The notes: a model not told the origin generated them from the sequence alone. Numbered from the stretch's first letter, positions 1 to 12,342 are shown. The stretch: 64,000 nucleotides of DNA from Nannocystis bainbridge (GCF_028368995.1 NZ_JAQNDL010000001.1:1280001-1344000), one strand, 5' to 3'. Numbers and translations are program-made.

Positions 1-227
1 CGACGATGACGATCTGCCCCTGCCCGAGCTGCCTCTTCACCGCGGCAACTCGCCAGGGAGCCTCGATACCGAGAATGCGGACGTAGAGTTCGGTCTATGC
101 CATGAGGATGACCGTGGATCGCCTCGTTGCTCGGCCGCGCCACGGTGCCGGCCGGCGAGCGGTCCGCGGTGTCGCCCTGGGGCGACCCGGAGACCGTACG
201 CCTTGCCGACGCCGCGGCGCGGCGCGC

Positions 228-1634
228 TCACGCCAGACTCAAGGTCCAGCGCTGGCCGGCGCTGCCATTCCAGGCGCGCTGGACCAGCACGGCGCCGTCG
301 GTCGATTCGCCGTTCTGCGCGTCCATCACCTTTCCGGAGAGCTTGCTCTGGACCCGGACGGTGCCGTCGTCGTTGGCGATCAACTGCCACAGCTGGTTGT
401 TGCCGCCGTGCCACCGAAACTGCTGGATCTCGGCGCCGTCGGCCTGCGAAGCCCCGGACACGTCGAGGGACAGACCGCTGTGCTTCACCATGAGCCGGAA
501 GCACCCTCCGCCCTGGTAGCTCAGCTCCCATTTCTGGTTGCCGCCGCCCCTGTAGGGCCACTGAATGACCCTGGTGCCCTGCGCCGTGGCTCCTCCGTTG
601 ACGTCGAGCGACTTGTCGAACTTGTTGACGAGCTTGTAGACCCCGTCGGCCGGCAGGCTCGGCTCCCCGGGCTTCTCGGGCTGGAACTCGGCCATGACGT
701 TGAAGAACGCCACCTGGTTGTACACGCCGGTCTTGACGACCTCCTGCGTCGTCCCGTCGTCGTACGTCACGTCGTAGATCGCGCGGAACGGCACGTCGAG
801 CTTGGCGTGCTGCATGAGCACGGAGGCCGTCACCCCCGAGTTCGCCGGCACCTTGACCGGCGAGTCCAGCGTGACCGTCTCGCTGGTCTCCTCCGTCCGG
901 CCGAAGGTGATCGACGTCGTCACCTTGGCCCCGAGCGTGACCGTGGTCGTCACGGCCAGCAGCTGTACCTTGGTCTCATAGATGGCGTTCAGCTCCAACG
1001 CCGCGGACGCGCTGTACGTCTCGGTCCTCGTCTTCGACGTCGCGTAGGTGAAACGCAGCTCCTGCTCCGTGGCGGTGTTGTTCACGAGGCGCGTGCGATA
1101 CGCGATGACCGGCGGCATCTGAACCAGGGCGGCCTGGTCCAGCAAGAACTGGATGTTCTTCAGCACGACCTCGCGGTTCGCCGAGGCGAAGCGCCACAGC
1201 TCGTTGTCGGAGCCGCCGTCCCAGTGCCACGAGACGCACCGGGAGCCGCTGACGTACGGGCCGTCCCCGAAGATGTTGATCTTCTGCTCCCACTCCTGCA
1301 CCGACACCACGGCGTTGTACTGCCCGCCCACGTTGTCGTTCTGCCAGACGGCGAGATCGTCGCTCCCGATCCTGCCGATCGGCACCAGCTGCAACCCGGC
1401 GCCGTTGTCCGCCGAGGCCCGCGCCACGCACGTCCCGGTCGCCTTGTTCACCAGCCCGAACACTCCCGCGTTGCTGGCCTGGCGCGGCCGCTTCTCCCAC
1501 ATCTGTCGCTCGTCCTGGTACGAGTGGGTCGTCACCACGACGTCACTCCCGCTCGACGATGCGCTCAACGCCAGGGCGGCGTTCCCGGGACCACGAGCCT
1601 TGGAAATGATGAAGAAATACTCCACTGCAGACAT
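228..1634 (-). CDS. Ricin-B lectin / aerolysin-ETX-MTX2-like / ricin-B lectin protein (putative beta-pore-forming lectin)
   Basis: QxW-type motifs at both termini (RQMW, NELW, NQKW, NQLW, GQRW). The central Thr/Ser-rich alternating strand region ends in PVKVPANS...DVPF. AGAGGAG RBS precedes ATG 1634. Confidence 0.75.
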   Translation of the reverse strand: MSAVEYFFIISKARGPGNAALALSASSSGSDVVVTTHSYQDERQMWEKRPRQASNAGVFGLVNKATGTCVARASADNGAGLQLVPIGRIGSDDLAVWQNDNVGGQYNAVVSVQEWEQKINIFGDGPYVSGSRCVSWHWDGGSDNELWRFASANREVVLKNIQFLLDQAALVQMPPVIAYRTRLVNNTATEQELRFTYATSKTRTETYSASAALELNAIYETKVQLLAVTTTVTLGAKVTTSITFGRTEETSETVTLDSPVKVPANSGVTASVLMQHAKLDVPFRAIYDVTYDDGTTQEVVKTGVYNQVAFFNVMAEFQPEKPGEPSLPADGVYKLVNKFDKSLDVNGGATAQGTRVIQWPYRGGGNQKWELSYQGGGCFRLMVKHSGLSLDVSGASQADGAEIQQFRWHGGNNQLWQLIANDDGTVRVQSKLSGKVMDAQNGESTDGAVLVQRAWNGSAGQRWTLSLA

Positions 1635-1891
1635 TTTCACTCCTCTTTCGGATCGATCGGACCGCTCGCCGAGCCCCGCGCGATGCTGGGCCCCGAGCGT
1701 CATTTCAAGCCACAATGCGTCAAAGATCAGGATCGCCGGGCGAAGCGCTCTCGCATGATTCGGCCGCGCAGCTCGCTCTCATGGCACCCAGCGTCCGCGC
1801 CGAGGCCCATGATTCCGCTCCGGCGCGCGCCCCCGCGAGATGTCGAATTGCACGCAGTCTCGCCCGGCATTTCGCTTCGTCGCCAGCATTC

Positions 1892-1907
1892 AGCAAGCGA
1901 CGTGCCA
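1892..1907 (-). promoter_or_regulatory. sigma54 -24/-12 promoter facing the lectin/pore-forming gene
   Basis: Minus strand reads TGGCACGTCGCTTGCT, matching TGGCACG-N4-TTGCW. A sigma54 activator gene is adjacent. Confidence 0.8.
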
Positions 1908-2034
1908 CGCGTCGATGCGGCGGCGCCTCGGCTTCCAGCGGGCCCTGCACGCGCGTTTGTGGCCTCGGACGCTCACTGAACGTTCAACGGGCCGCGCTTG
2001 AACGGCCCGGGACGATGCCGTACGCTCGCGGCCC

Positions 2035-3531
2035 GTGGACAGCATCACCACGTTGACGCCGGCCGATGCGCGCGATGGCGAATGTTCACAGCGCAAGGCC
2101 GGCGTGACGATGACGATCGTCGGTCATCCCGATCCGAGCCGGATCGGCGAGATCGCCGCGGTCGAGTTCGACGCGCAGCAGCGCGTGCCGCTGTCGCGCC
2201 GCGAGCCGCTGTTCGCCGCCGCGGGCCAGCCCGGACGCCCGCTCGAGGACCCGCACCTCAGTCGCTCGCCCGCATACCTGTCTTTAAAGGCAGGTGAGAT
2301 GCCGGTCTGGTCGGAGCTCGCGCACGCGCCGTGCGAGATCCGGCCGCTGCACGGCGCGCAGGGTCGCGCGTGGTACGTCGTGCTGAGGCGGCGGGTCGGG
2401 CTGCTGATCGAGCTGGGCCTGCGCGCGCCGCCGCCACGCGAACAGCACGGGCTCGTCGGAGTGAGCGCCGCGACGGAGCGTCTGCGCGAGCAGATCGAAG
2501 CGACGGCGGGGAGCGAGCTGCCGGTGCTGCTCATCGGCGAGACCGGCACCGGGAAGGAGCTCGCGGCGCAGGCGATCCACGCGTGCGGGCGGCGGCGCGG
2601 CCAGCCGCTCGTCACCGTCAACCTGTCGGCGATCCCCGACAGCACCGCGGCGAGCCAGCTGTTCGGCCACGCGCGCGGCGCCTTCACCGACGCGGCTCGC
2701 GCTCACGACGGCTACTTTCTCCAGGCCGACGGCGGCACGCTCTTCCTCGACGAGATCGGAGATGCGCCGATCAGCCTGCAAGTGCAGCTTCTGCGGGCGC
2801 TCGAGCAAGGCGAGATCCAGCCGATCGGCGGTCGCGTCCGCGCCGTCGACGTACGGATGCTCGCCGCCACCGACACCGACCTCGAGGACGCCGTCGCGGC
2901 CGGGCGCTTCCGCAAGGCGCTGCTGTTCCGCCTGTGCAGCCAGACGCTGCGACTCTTGCCACTGCGCGATCGACCGGCCGACATCGCCGTGCAGTTGATC
3001 CACTTCCTCGATCAGGCGCTCGCAGGGCTTGGGCGACGCGAGCGTCTGCGCATGCGTGCATGGACCGACAGCCCGTGGCTCGATCTCGAGGCGGTCGAGG
3101 CCGCGCTGTTCGCTCGCTGGCCCGGCAACTCCCGCGAGTTGCGCGGGGCCGCCAGTCAAGCCGCGCTGCTCGCTGCGAACCAGCCGAAGCTGGTGCTCAC
3201 AACAAGCGCGCCACCCGCGATGGCGTCGACGCCGGCGCCGGACGTCGCGGCGCCCGTGGAGGTCGTCGCGCAGGCGCTGACGGAGTCCGTCATCCGCGAG
3301 ACCCTCGCGGCGCACCAGCACTCGGTGCGTGGGGCTGCGCGGGCGCTCCAGGTCGCGCCGAATACGCTCTATGCGCGCATGCGCGATCTGGGGATCCCGC
3401 TCGCGGGGAGCCTCTCCGACGAGGAGGTTGCCGCCGCGCACGCGGCGTCGGGCGGAAATGTCATGAGGATGGCGCGCGCGCTCGGCGTGTCCGTACGGGG
3501 CATTCAACGGCGTCTCGGTCGCGCGCGATAG
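2035..3531 (+). CDS. sigma54-dependent enhancer-binding protein (AAA+, C-terminal HTH, no receiver domain)
   Basis: GETGTGKE Walker A, GAFTDA loop, TLFLDEIG Walker [10 protein letters not shown]-terminal HTH segments. Confidence 0.9.
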   Translation: MDSITTLTPADARDGECSQRKAGVTMTIVGHPDPSRIGEIAAVEFDAQQRVPLSRREPLFAAAGQPGRPLEDPHLSRSPAYLSLKAGEMPVWSELAHAPCEIRPLHGAQGRAWYVVLRRRVGLLIELGLRAPPPREQHGLVGVSAATERLREQIEATAGSELPVLLIGETGTGKELAAQAIHACGRRRGQPLVTVNLSAIPDSTAASQLFGHARGAFTDAARAHDGYFLQADGGTLFLDEIGDAPISLQVQLLRALEQGEIQPIGGRVRAVDVRMLAATDTDLEDAVAAGRFRKALLFRLCSQTLRLLPLRDRPADIAVQLIHFLDQALAGLGRRERLRMRAWTDSPWLDLEAVEAALFARWPGNSRELRGAASQAALLAANQPKLVLTTSAPPAMASTPAPDVAAPVEVVAQALTESVIRETLAAHQHSVRGAARALQVAPNTLYARMRDLGIPLAGSLSDEEVAAAHAASGGNVMRMARALGVSVRGIQRRLGRAR

Positions 3532-3561
3532 CTCGTCGATTCGTGGTAGGACGAGCGCGCG

Positions 3562-6500
3562 TTGCAAGACAACCCGCCAACCGACGGGTCGCAGGTGACC
3601 CTGGTGCCCGCGCCCGAATCGATTGTGACATCGAACCGGGGTCCCGCGCCCGAGGCGGTGCCGTCCCGGATCGGCCGCTTCGTGATCATCGGTCGCCTCG
3701 GCGCAGGCGGGATGGGCGTGGTCTATGCGGCGTACGACCCCGAGCTCGACCGCAAGGTCGCGATCAAGCTGATGTACCCGGAGGAGGGCGAGGTCGGCCC
3801 GCGGCGCGGCCAGGCGCTGCTACTGCGGGAGGCCCGGGCGCTGGCGAAGCTGTCTCACCCCAACATCGTGGCCATCCACGACGTCGGCGTGCACGCCGGG
3901 CAGGTGTTCGTGGCCATGGAGTTCGTCGACGGGCGCACGCTGCGACACTGGCTCGCGGAGGCCCCGCGCGCGTGGCAGACGATCGTCGACGTGTTCGTGC
4001 AGGCCGGCCGCGGTCTCATGGCGGCACACGCAGCCGGCCTCGTGCATCGCGACGTGAAGCCCGACAACCTGCTGGTCGGCAAGGACGGTCGGGTGCGCGT
4101 GGCCGACTTCGGCGTCGCCCGCTACCGCGACCCGGACGAGGCCGCGTGGACGGAGAACGGCGCGCTCCGGATGATGGCGACGGTGGCCGGACGCGGGGCC
4201 CGGATCGGCACGCCGGCATACATGGCCCCCGAGCAGCACGAGAACGAGGGGGTCGGCCCGCACAGCGATCAATTCAGCTTTTGCGTCGCGCTCTACGAGG
4301 CGCTGTACGAAGTGCGACCGTTCGCCGGCAAGACGCCGCACGAGATGGTCGCGCAGATCCGCGCGGGAGCATTGTGCAGACCGCCCGAGCCGCCGCGGCT
4401 GCCGGGTTGGCTCGATCGCGCGGTCCAGCGCGGCCTCGCGGCGCAACCGGCCTCGCGCTGGCCGTCGCTGTCGGCGCTGCTGTCGGCGCTCACGCCCGAG
4501 CAAGGCCAGCGGCGCGCGAAGTGGGGCTGGCGGGCCTTCTACGCCGCGCTCGTGGTCATCGGCGGGGTCGCGCTGTACCTCGGCGCGCGCGAATGGCAGC
4601 ACCGCGACGCGCGCGAGCAGGCCGAGCTTGCGGCCGCGGAGCGCCTGGAGGTCGTGACCGCCGGCGTCGATCGCCTGCTCGCGCGCGGTCGACGGAGCGA
4701 GGCCGAGGAGGCGCTGCGGGCCTTCGTCGGCGAACCCGAGCACCGCGCCTCGCGGGCTGCCGTCGACGCCTGGCTGATGTGGGCCGACCGCATGGACGCG
4801 GCCCGCGATCGCGAAGCCGCCCTGTCCGCTCTGGTCGAGGCGTACACCACCCTGCCGGCGAAGGACCCACGCGAGGCCGCGATCTTCCTGCGGATCGCCG
4901 AGCTGTTCCGCGTGCAGTGGCGCTTCCAGGAGCTGGCGACGCTGGCCCACACGGCCGGCCAGCGATCGCCGCAGGCCGTCCATAGCGAGACCTGGTCGCG
5001 GCTGCGCGCCGACGCGGCCCTGGGGCTGCGCGACGTGAGCGGCTTCCTCGCGGAGGTCGATGGCGGCCGCGCCGGACGCGAGCGCGAAGACGTCGCGCCC
5101 GTGCTGCGCGCCCTGAACACGGCCAGCTTCCCCGGGGTCCGCGGCGAGCATGTCGTCGCGCTCGACCTCGAGGGCGACGGGCAGGACGAGTTGGCCGTGT
5201 TCCCCCGCGACGGCGAGCGCGGACCGGTGAGCGTGCGTCGCATGAACCGCGACCTGTCCCCGATGTTCGACCTGACGGGGGACGACGCGATCGGCCGCGT
5301 CGGCGCCGTCCTCGACTCGCTGCGTCGCAGCCCCGACGGACCCGCTTTCTTGCTCGGGCGCAGGGACGACACGGCGATGTTGTACGCGCTCGACACGGGC
5401 AAGCCGCAGATCGTGTTCACCTGGCCCTACGATCAGCTGCACGCGGCGGCCGCGGCCGACCTCGACGGCGACGGCCTGCGCGAGTTCTACGTCGGGACCG
5501 CCGCCTACACGCGCAAGTTGTATCGCCTGGGGCCCGACGCGAGCGGGACCTGGCAGCGCAGCGTGGCCCACCCCGCGATCGATGAGCTCAGCAGCGACAT
5601 CAACGCGCTGGCCACCGGCGACTTCGACGGCGACGGCCGCGACGAGCTGGCGGTCGCCGTCGGCCCCTGGCGCGCCTACGACGTGCGGATCTTGCAAGCA
5701 GGGCCGGACGGTGGGCTCGAGCTCGCGGCACGCCGGCGCATCGGGCACGTGCGCGCGCTGACGACCCTGCGGGGGGTCGGCGGCGAGACGTTGCTGGCGA
5801 TCGCCAAGGACAACGACGCCGCCAACAAGCTCGCATTCTCGCCCGACACCCCGCACGGAGAGCCGCCTGGCCTGTACATCGTCCGTCGCGCCGGCGAGGC
5901 GCTCGAGACCGTGTTCTTCGCGCCCTTTCCGGCGGCCGACGGTGCGCAGGAGGTCGGGAAGGTGCGCGCGATGTTCCGCGGCGACTTCGACGGCGACGGC
6001 CGCGACGACCTGCTCCTCCGCTACCGGGCGCCGTCCAGGAGCGAGGCGGCGGCCCTGTTGTGGCGACAGCGCGAGGACGGCAGCTTCGTGTCGGGGCTGG
6101 TCGAGCACGTCGTGCCGCTCGCCGTCGGCAACTTCGACGACGACGCCGCCGACGAGGTGCTCGTGACGACCCCGCACGGCGACGGCGACGCGCTGGCGGT
6201 GCTCGGCGCCGGCGGTGCACCGCTCGCGTCGGTCCTGCCCCCACGCGTGCACGTGACGCCGCCGCTGGTCGCCGATCCGTCACTGGCCCGCGCCTGGGCC
6301 CGCGCCGAGGATCTGGTCGGCTTCGGCCTCTACGCCGCGGCCGCCGACGCGCTCGCCCGCCGCAGCGCGCTCGCACCGTCGCCGGAGGACGGCCGGGCGG
6401 CGCAGCAGCGGGCCGCCGCGCTCTACGAGGCCGCCGGCGACCACGCGCGCGCGGCCGCCAGCCACGCGGTGCTGGCCCAGGACGGCAACGTCGACGCCGC

Positions 6501-7980
6501 GCTGGCGGCGATCGTCAGCTACGAGCGGGCCCTCGATCTCGACGACGCGCTGTGCGTGGCGCGAACGGTCCTGGCGAGCGACGCGCTGACTCCGTCGCAG
6601 CGCCGCCTGGCGAGCGCCGCCAGCGAACGCCTCACGGCAGCCGTCGAACCCCGCGACTCGATCGAGCTGCGCTTCGACCAGCCGCTGGCGCCGTCGTGGC
6701 AGATCCACGAGCCGCTGGCGCTGCGCATGGATCGCGTGCGGGGCAACCTGGCGATCGACGCCTACGCCGATACCGGCGATCTTATGACGCTGCCGATCGA
6801 GCTCGGCGACGGTGCTCTCGGCCTCGAGATCGAGCTCGAGGTGGAGCGCGCCGAGTGGGCCGCGCAGCTGGCCGTCAGCGTGCGCGCGCCCGACGGCGAG
6901 GAAGTCATGACGCTGGGCGTCGCCGCGAGCGGCGGCGGCGGCTACCTGCGGCGCCACGGGAGCTTCAGCGCGCCGAGCCTGCATCGTCGCCTGGACATCG
7001 CCGGGAGGCCGACCGACGACCCGAGCACCGGCTCGCATCACTTGTTGCGGGCGCGCCTGCTACCGCACCAGGGCATGCTGGACGTCGAGGAACGCGGCGA
7101 CCTCGCGGAGCGGCGCTCGTTCCCCCTCAAGCAGACGCTACGGCCGGGCCCGCACCTGCTCGTGCTGCGCGCCAGCGGGGTCGAGGAGCACGGCGCGCTC
7201 CAGCTCCGTGCCCGGCTCCGGCGCGTCTCGCTCGTCGGCGCACGACTCTCCGAAACGGCACCGACAGCGCCGGGCTCGCAACTCGCGCGCGCGCTGGTGA
7301 CGGGCCAGCTGCGCGAGGCGGCGACCTCGTCGGCCGCCGAGGAGTTGGCGCCGTTGTGGCGAGCCGCCGCCGCCGCGGAGCTCGGCCGCCTCGACGACGC
7401 GCTCGCATGGCTGTCGACCCTCGACATCACGCGGCCTGCGATCCGCCAGCGTTTGCGGCACCTGTTGCGCGGGCAGCCGACGCGGTTCTTGCCGCTGATG
7501 CGCGCGGCCTTCGGCGCGGCCCACGGCGCGCTGCTGCGCGAGGCGCTGACGAACGCGGCGCGCATGCACCTCGACGCCGAGCAGCAGCAGATGTGGCTGA
7601 GTCAGACCGTGGACGTGGACAGCTTGCCGACGTCCGACGCCGTGCAGCTCGACACCAAGGCCGAACTGCTGACGATGCGCGCCGCGGCGTGGCAGGCCGC
7701 GGGCGAGCTCGAGCAGGCCGCGGCGGACCTCGACGCCGCGACCACCCTGCGCGCGAGCCACAGCGACGAGCCCGACGATCGCCTCGCCGAACTCGAGCTC
7801 CTCGTCGCCGAAGTCGCGGCGGCCCGCCATCGACCGGACGAGGCGATGGCCGCAGCGACCCGCGCGCTGGCCCGCTCGCGCGAGCCGACGGCGATGAAGG
7901 AGCGCCTGCGGCTCCACCCGCGTCTCCAGGCCATGCAGGCCGATCCGCGCTGGCATCGATTGCTCTCCGCCAGGCCGTAG
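3562..7980 (+). CDS. Membrane Ser/Thr protein kinase with FG-GAP/VCBS-like and TPR-like regions
   Basis: GAGGMGVV, VAIK, HRDVKPDN, DFG, GTPAYMAPE; TM segment; repeated GDFDGDGRD motifs. Confidence 0.9.
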   Translation: MQDNPPTDGSQVTLVPAPESIVTSNRGPAPEAVPSRIGRFVIIGRLGAGGMGVVYAAYDPELDRKVAIKLMYPEEGEVGPRRGQALLLREARALAKLSHPNIVAIHDVGVHAGQVFVAMEFVDGRTLRHWLAEAPRAWQTIVDVFVQAGRGLMAAHAAGLVHRDVKPDNLLVGKDGRVRVADFGVARYRDPDEAAWTENGALRMMATVAGRGARIGTPAYMAPEQHENEGVGPHSDQFSFCVALYEALYEVRPFAGKTPHEMVAQIRAGALCRPPEPPRLPGWLDRAVQRGLAAQPASRWPSLSALLSALTPEQGQRRAKWGWRAFYAALVVIGGVALYLGAREWQHRDAREQAELAAAERLEVVTAGVDRLLARGRRSEAEEALRAFVGEPEHRASRAAVDAWLMWADRMDAARDREAALSALVEAYTTLPAKDPREAAIFLRIAELFRVQWRFQELATLAHTAGQRSPQAVHSETWSRLRADAALGLRDVSGFLAEVDGGRAGREREDVAPVLRALNTASFPGVRGEHVVALDLEGDGQDELAVFPRDGERGPVSVRRMNRDLSPMFDLTGDDAIGRVGAVLDSLRRSPDGPAFLLGRRDDTAMLYALDTGKPQIVFTWPYDQLHAAAAADLDGDGLREFYVGTAAYTRKLYRLGPDASGTWQRSVAHPAIDELSSDINALATGDFDGDGRDELAVAVGPWRAYDVRILQAGPDGGLELAARRRIGHVRALTTLRGVGGETLLAIAKDNDAANKLAFSPDTPHGEPPGLYIVRRAGEALETVFFAPFPAADGAQEVGKVRAMFRGDFDGDGRDDLLLRYRAPSRSEAAALLWRQREDGSFVSGLVEHVVPLAVGNFDDDAADEVLVTTPHGDGDALAVLGAGGAPLASVLPPRVHVTPPLVADPSLARAWARAEDLVGFGLYAAAADALARRSALAPSPEDGRAAQQRAAALYEAAGDHARAAASHAVLAQDGNVDAALAAIVSYERALDLDDALCVARTVLASDALTPSQRRLASAASERLTAAVEPRDSIELRFDQPLAPSWQIHEPLALRMDRVRGNLAIDAYADTGDLMTLPIELGDGALGLEIELEVERAEWAAQLAVSVRAPDGEEVMTLGVAASGGGGYLRRHGSFSAPSLHRRLDIAGRPTDDPSTGSHHLLRARLLPHQGMLDVEERGDLAERRSFPLKQTLRPGPHLLVLRASGVEEHGALQLRARLRRVSLVGARLSETAPTAPGSQLARALVTGQLREAATSSAAEELAPLWRAAAAAELGRLDDALAWLSTLDITRPAIRQRLRHLLRGQPTRFLPLMRAAFGAAHGALLREALTNAARMHLDAEQQQMWLSQTVDVDSLPTSDAVQLDTKAELLTMRAAAWQAAGELEQAAADLDAATTLRASHSDEPDDRLAELELLVAEVAAARHRPDEAMAAATRALARSREPTAMKERLRLHPRLQAMQADPRWHRLLSARP

Positions 7981-8018
7981 CGCTCACCGGCACCTCGTCG
8001 GTGCCGTCATGGCTCCGC

Positions 8019-9701
8019 TCACTGACACACGAACGTGGCGAGCAGGTTGAGCGCCGAGTCGATCAGCGGCTGGCCCTGCTGCGGCGTCACGAGCTCGGCG
8101 TCGATCCAGCCGTCCACCTGATCGACGATGCCCTCGAGCTTGTTGCACAGCTGGTTGTGCTTGTTCTTCTCGATCGCCGACATCACGATCCCGAGGTGGA
8201 CGAGCAGGCTGTTGAGCTGGCCGTGGTTGAGGCTGCCCGCCAGCGCGGCCGCGGCCGACTCCATGTTCTCGACCACCTCCTCGGGCGTGTACACCTTGAC
8301 GTGCAGGCTGCACACGTCCTGATGGCCGGCGGCGTCGGTCGCGGTGCAGAACACCTCGGTCTCGCTGCCGATCTCGAAGGTCTCGCCGGACGTCGGGCAC
8401 ACCACCGCAGGCGCGCCGTCGCACACGTCGACCGCGGCGGCCGTGAAGGTCACCACGGTGCCCCCGGGGCTCTCGGGGTCGACGGCGATGTCCGGCGGGC
8501 ATTCGATCTGCGGCGCCTGGGTGTCCTGCACCGTCACGCTGGCGGTGCACGAGTTCGTCGGGCTGCACACGCCGGCGTCGGTCGCCGTGAAGGTGACCTC
8601 GGTCGCCTGGCCGACGCCGTAGAACAGCGGGCTGTCGTCGACCACCGTGACCTCGTCGCAATTGTCGATCGACGCGCCGGCCGCGGCGTAGAACTCGGCG
8701 AGCTGGGTGTCGCCGGCCCAGGCGCCGCCGGGCGAGGCACACTCGATGACCTGGTCGTCGGGACAGGCGATGTCGGGCGTCGCGTAGCGGAACGGGTTCG
8801 CCTCCGGGGCGGCGAACACGGTCCCGGTCAGGGTCTTGGCGAAGTTCACCGCCTCGAGCGGGGTCCACACGCCGTCGCCGATGCCGACGATGTCGTGGCA
8901 CTCGTCGGCGTTCATCATCACGCCGTTGACGCCCTCGAGCAAGAATCCGGTGATCGTGCTCTCCTTCTCGTAGGTCCAGGTGTACACGCCGTGGAACGCC
9001 TCGCAGTGGGCGCCCGAGTCACGGATGTCGATCGCGTCGGCCACGTTGTCCTCGACGCTCTGCGGCGTCTCGACGGTGACGTTGTAGCCGTCGCCGAACC
9101 AGTACTTGTCGAAGCCGGTGGTGCGGAAGTAGTTGTCGACGGCCGACATGGTCTGCTCGTCGCCCGACAGGTAGTCGACCGCCACGGCGGCGCGCGGGTC
9201 GGCGTTGATCTGGCTCAAGATCGCCTCGAACTGCTCCTTCTCCTCGAAGTCAGGGATCGAGAACAGCAGGTTGATGTCGGGGCCGAGGCTGCCGCGCACG
9301 TGGTTATAGAGGTCGAGCAGCGGGCCGTCCGGGTCCTTGATGTCGAGGATGACGAGGCCGAGCGGCGAGTCCCCGAGGCCCAGGGTCAAGCTCACGCCCC
9401 CTAGCCAATCATCGATGTCGGTCGACCAGGCGAACACGCCGTCGTGATCGACGACCCACCGGTCGGGCACGAACTCGGTGGGGCTGCCCCACGAGAAGTC
9501 GGCCTCGATCGCGTTCACGTCCTGCGCGAGCACGACATTGGGCACGTCGGCCGGGTCGTTGCACCGGTGGGCGATGATATACAGCGGCTGCTCGCAATCG
9601 GCCCACGCCGGCGCGGCCGGCAACACCGTCGCCACCCCGGCGATCACGGCCGCGAGGCCGATTCGCCGCTTGCATGCTCCCATTCTCCTCGTACGTGTCA
9701 C
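8019..9701 (-). CDS. Secreted sphingomyelinase D/phospholipase D-like (GDPD-like barrel) protein with HYR-like domains
   Basis: Signal peptide (APAWA); PLYIIAHR, NAIEADF, DHDG, LDIK, YTWT, GVNGVM and ANPF tail; then DTQAPQIECPPDI HYR-like repeats. Confidence 0.7.
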   Translation of the reverse strand: MTRTRRMGACKRRIGLAAVIAGVATVLPAAPAWADCEQPLYIIAHRCNDPADVPNVVLAQDVNAIEADFSWGSPTEFVPDRWVVDHDGVFAWSTDIDDWLGGVSLTLGLGDSPLGLVILDIKDPDGPLLDLYNHVRGSLGPDINLLFSIPDFEEKEQFEAILSQINADPRAAVAVDYLSGDEQTMSAVDNYFRTTGFDKYWFGDGYNVTVETPQSVEDNVADAIDIRDSGAHCEAFHGVYTWTYEKESTITGFLLEGVNGVMMNADECHDIVGIGDGVWTPLEAVNFAKTLTGTVFAAPEANPFRYATPDIACPDDQVIECASPGGAWAGDTQLAEFYAAAGASIDNCDEVTVVDDSPLFYGVGQATEVTFTATDAGVCSPTNSCTASVTVQDTQAPQIECPPDIAVDPESPGGTVVTFTAAAVDVCDGAPAVVCPTSGETFEIGSETEVFCTATDAAGHQDVCSLHVKVYTPEEVVENMESAAAALAGSLNHGQLNSLLVHLGIVMSAIEKNKHNQLCNKLEGIVDQVDGWIDAELVTPQQGQPLIDSALNLLATFVCQ

Positions 9702-9975
9702 GGATCCCTCCAGTCGCGCGCCTCGGCGCGCGGATCAATTCATGATGTCGACAGCTCGCAACGTGCCGTCGGGGACGCACCCGCACTTGCGCGGGCCGAC
9801 CGTCATCGGAGCAGTGGCCGCAGCGGCGCGAACGATCGCGGTCGCCGGAAAATTCCGCCGCGCACCTGGCTTCACGGCCCGGAGCTCGGGCCGCCGCGCT
9901 CCCTGGCCCGCGCATCGCCTGAACCTCGGCGAGCATCGGCCCCGCGGCTCCCGGGCTCGCGCGCCGGGCCGCGGC

Positions 9976-10557
9976 TCACTTCTGAAGCATGAAGAGCTGC
10001 ACGATGGGCACCCCGACGTGACCCATGTCCCCGATCGTGATCCTCGTCGCTCGCACGAAGCCCGACTCCAGGCCGTCGCAGAACCCGCCGTCCAGGAAGA
10101 GCTCGTAGACGTTGTCCGCGACGTACCCGAAGCCGATCGCGTTGCCGCGCGCGAACTTCTCGATCGTGCATACCCGGTTCTGCAGGGCCTGGTCCGAGTA
10201 AACGTCGAGCCGGGCGAAGGCCACGTGCTCCGAGGCCAGCGCCAGGCCGTCGGCGAGGCACGGCGCGTCGATCGACCCGGTGCCCTCGTCGAGGTCGAGG
10301 TCGAACGCGCCATCTTTGTGCTGGTACACGATCGCCGGCGAGTCCGGGAGCCCGGTGAGCAGGTAGCGCTGCCCCTGCTCGACGGAGAGCGCGACGCCGC
10401 CGGAGGGGTTGAGGAACTCGAAGTCCTCGATGAACGTGGCGATGCAGTAGCCCGCGAGCTCGTCGCTGACCTGACCGTTGTTGCTCTCGAAGTCGCCGCC
10501 GTCACCGCCGCACGCAGCGAACGCGAGGGCGCCTACGAGCGCCTTGAAGTCACGCAT
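9976..10557 (-). CDS. Hypothetical lipoprotein
   Basis: MRDFKALVGALAFAAC lipobox, GAGGAG upstream, protein-like composition; 3' part of ORF 9976..11994. Confidence 0.75.
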   Translation of the reverse strand: MRDFKALVGALAFAACGGDGGDFESNNGQVSDELAGYCIATFIEDFEFLNPSGGVALSVEQGQRYLLTGLPDSPAIVYQHKDGAFDLDLDEGTGSIDAPCLADGLALASEHVAFARLDVYSDQALQNRVCTIEKFARGNAIGFGYVADNVYELFLDGGFCDGLESGFVRATRITIGDMGHVGVPIVQLFMLQK

Positions 10558-11007
10558 GGGTCTCTCCTCGGATGGACGCGATCCAGAGTGCATCGCGCGC
10601 GCGCGGCGGCTGAAGGTCCACGGGTGAGGGTCCTGTGGCGCCCAGTAACGACGCTCCGGCCACCGCGAGGGATTACGAGGGGAACGTCGCAGTCGGGCGC
10701 GGAATCGTCGCTCGTCGCGCTGGGCGAAGATCTGCCAGGGGCTCCGCGCAGCTCGCACCAGGCATACACCCGGGCCGAGCTCGCTCGCCCCGATCGCGGC
10801 CGCACCGGCGAGTCCCGCTGCCGCACCATCGACGCGTTCCCGACCGCATCGAGGATGTCCATCGCTCGTTCCTTCCGTCGCCGCCGCTGTCCCCATCCGC
10901 CGCGCGCCCAGGCGGCCCCTCCCTCGCAGAATTGCATTCGTGCGAACTCGGGTCGCACAGACCGCGAATGTGCGCGAATGACCGCGATGCTCTGTTAGGG
11001 GTTGCCC

Positions 11008-12282
<1,275 letters not shown>

Positions 12283-12342
12283 CCCGCCGCGACCAGCGGT
12301 GAGCGGTGCATCGGCGCGTGCGCCGTCGGGCCGCGGTTCCGG

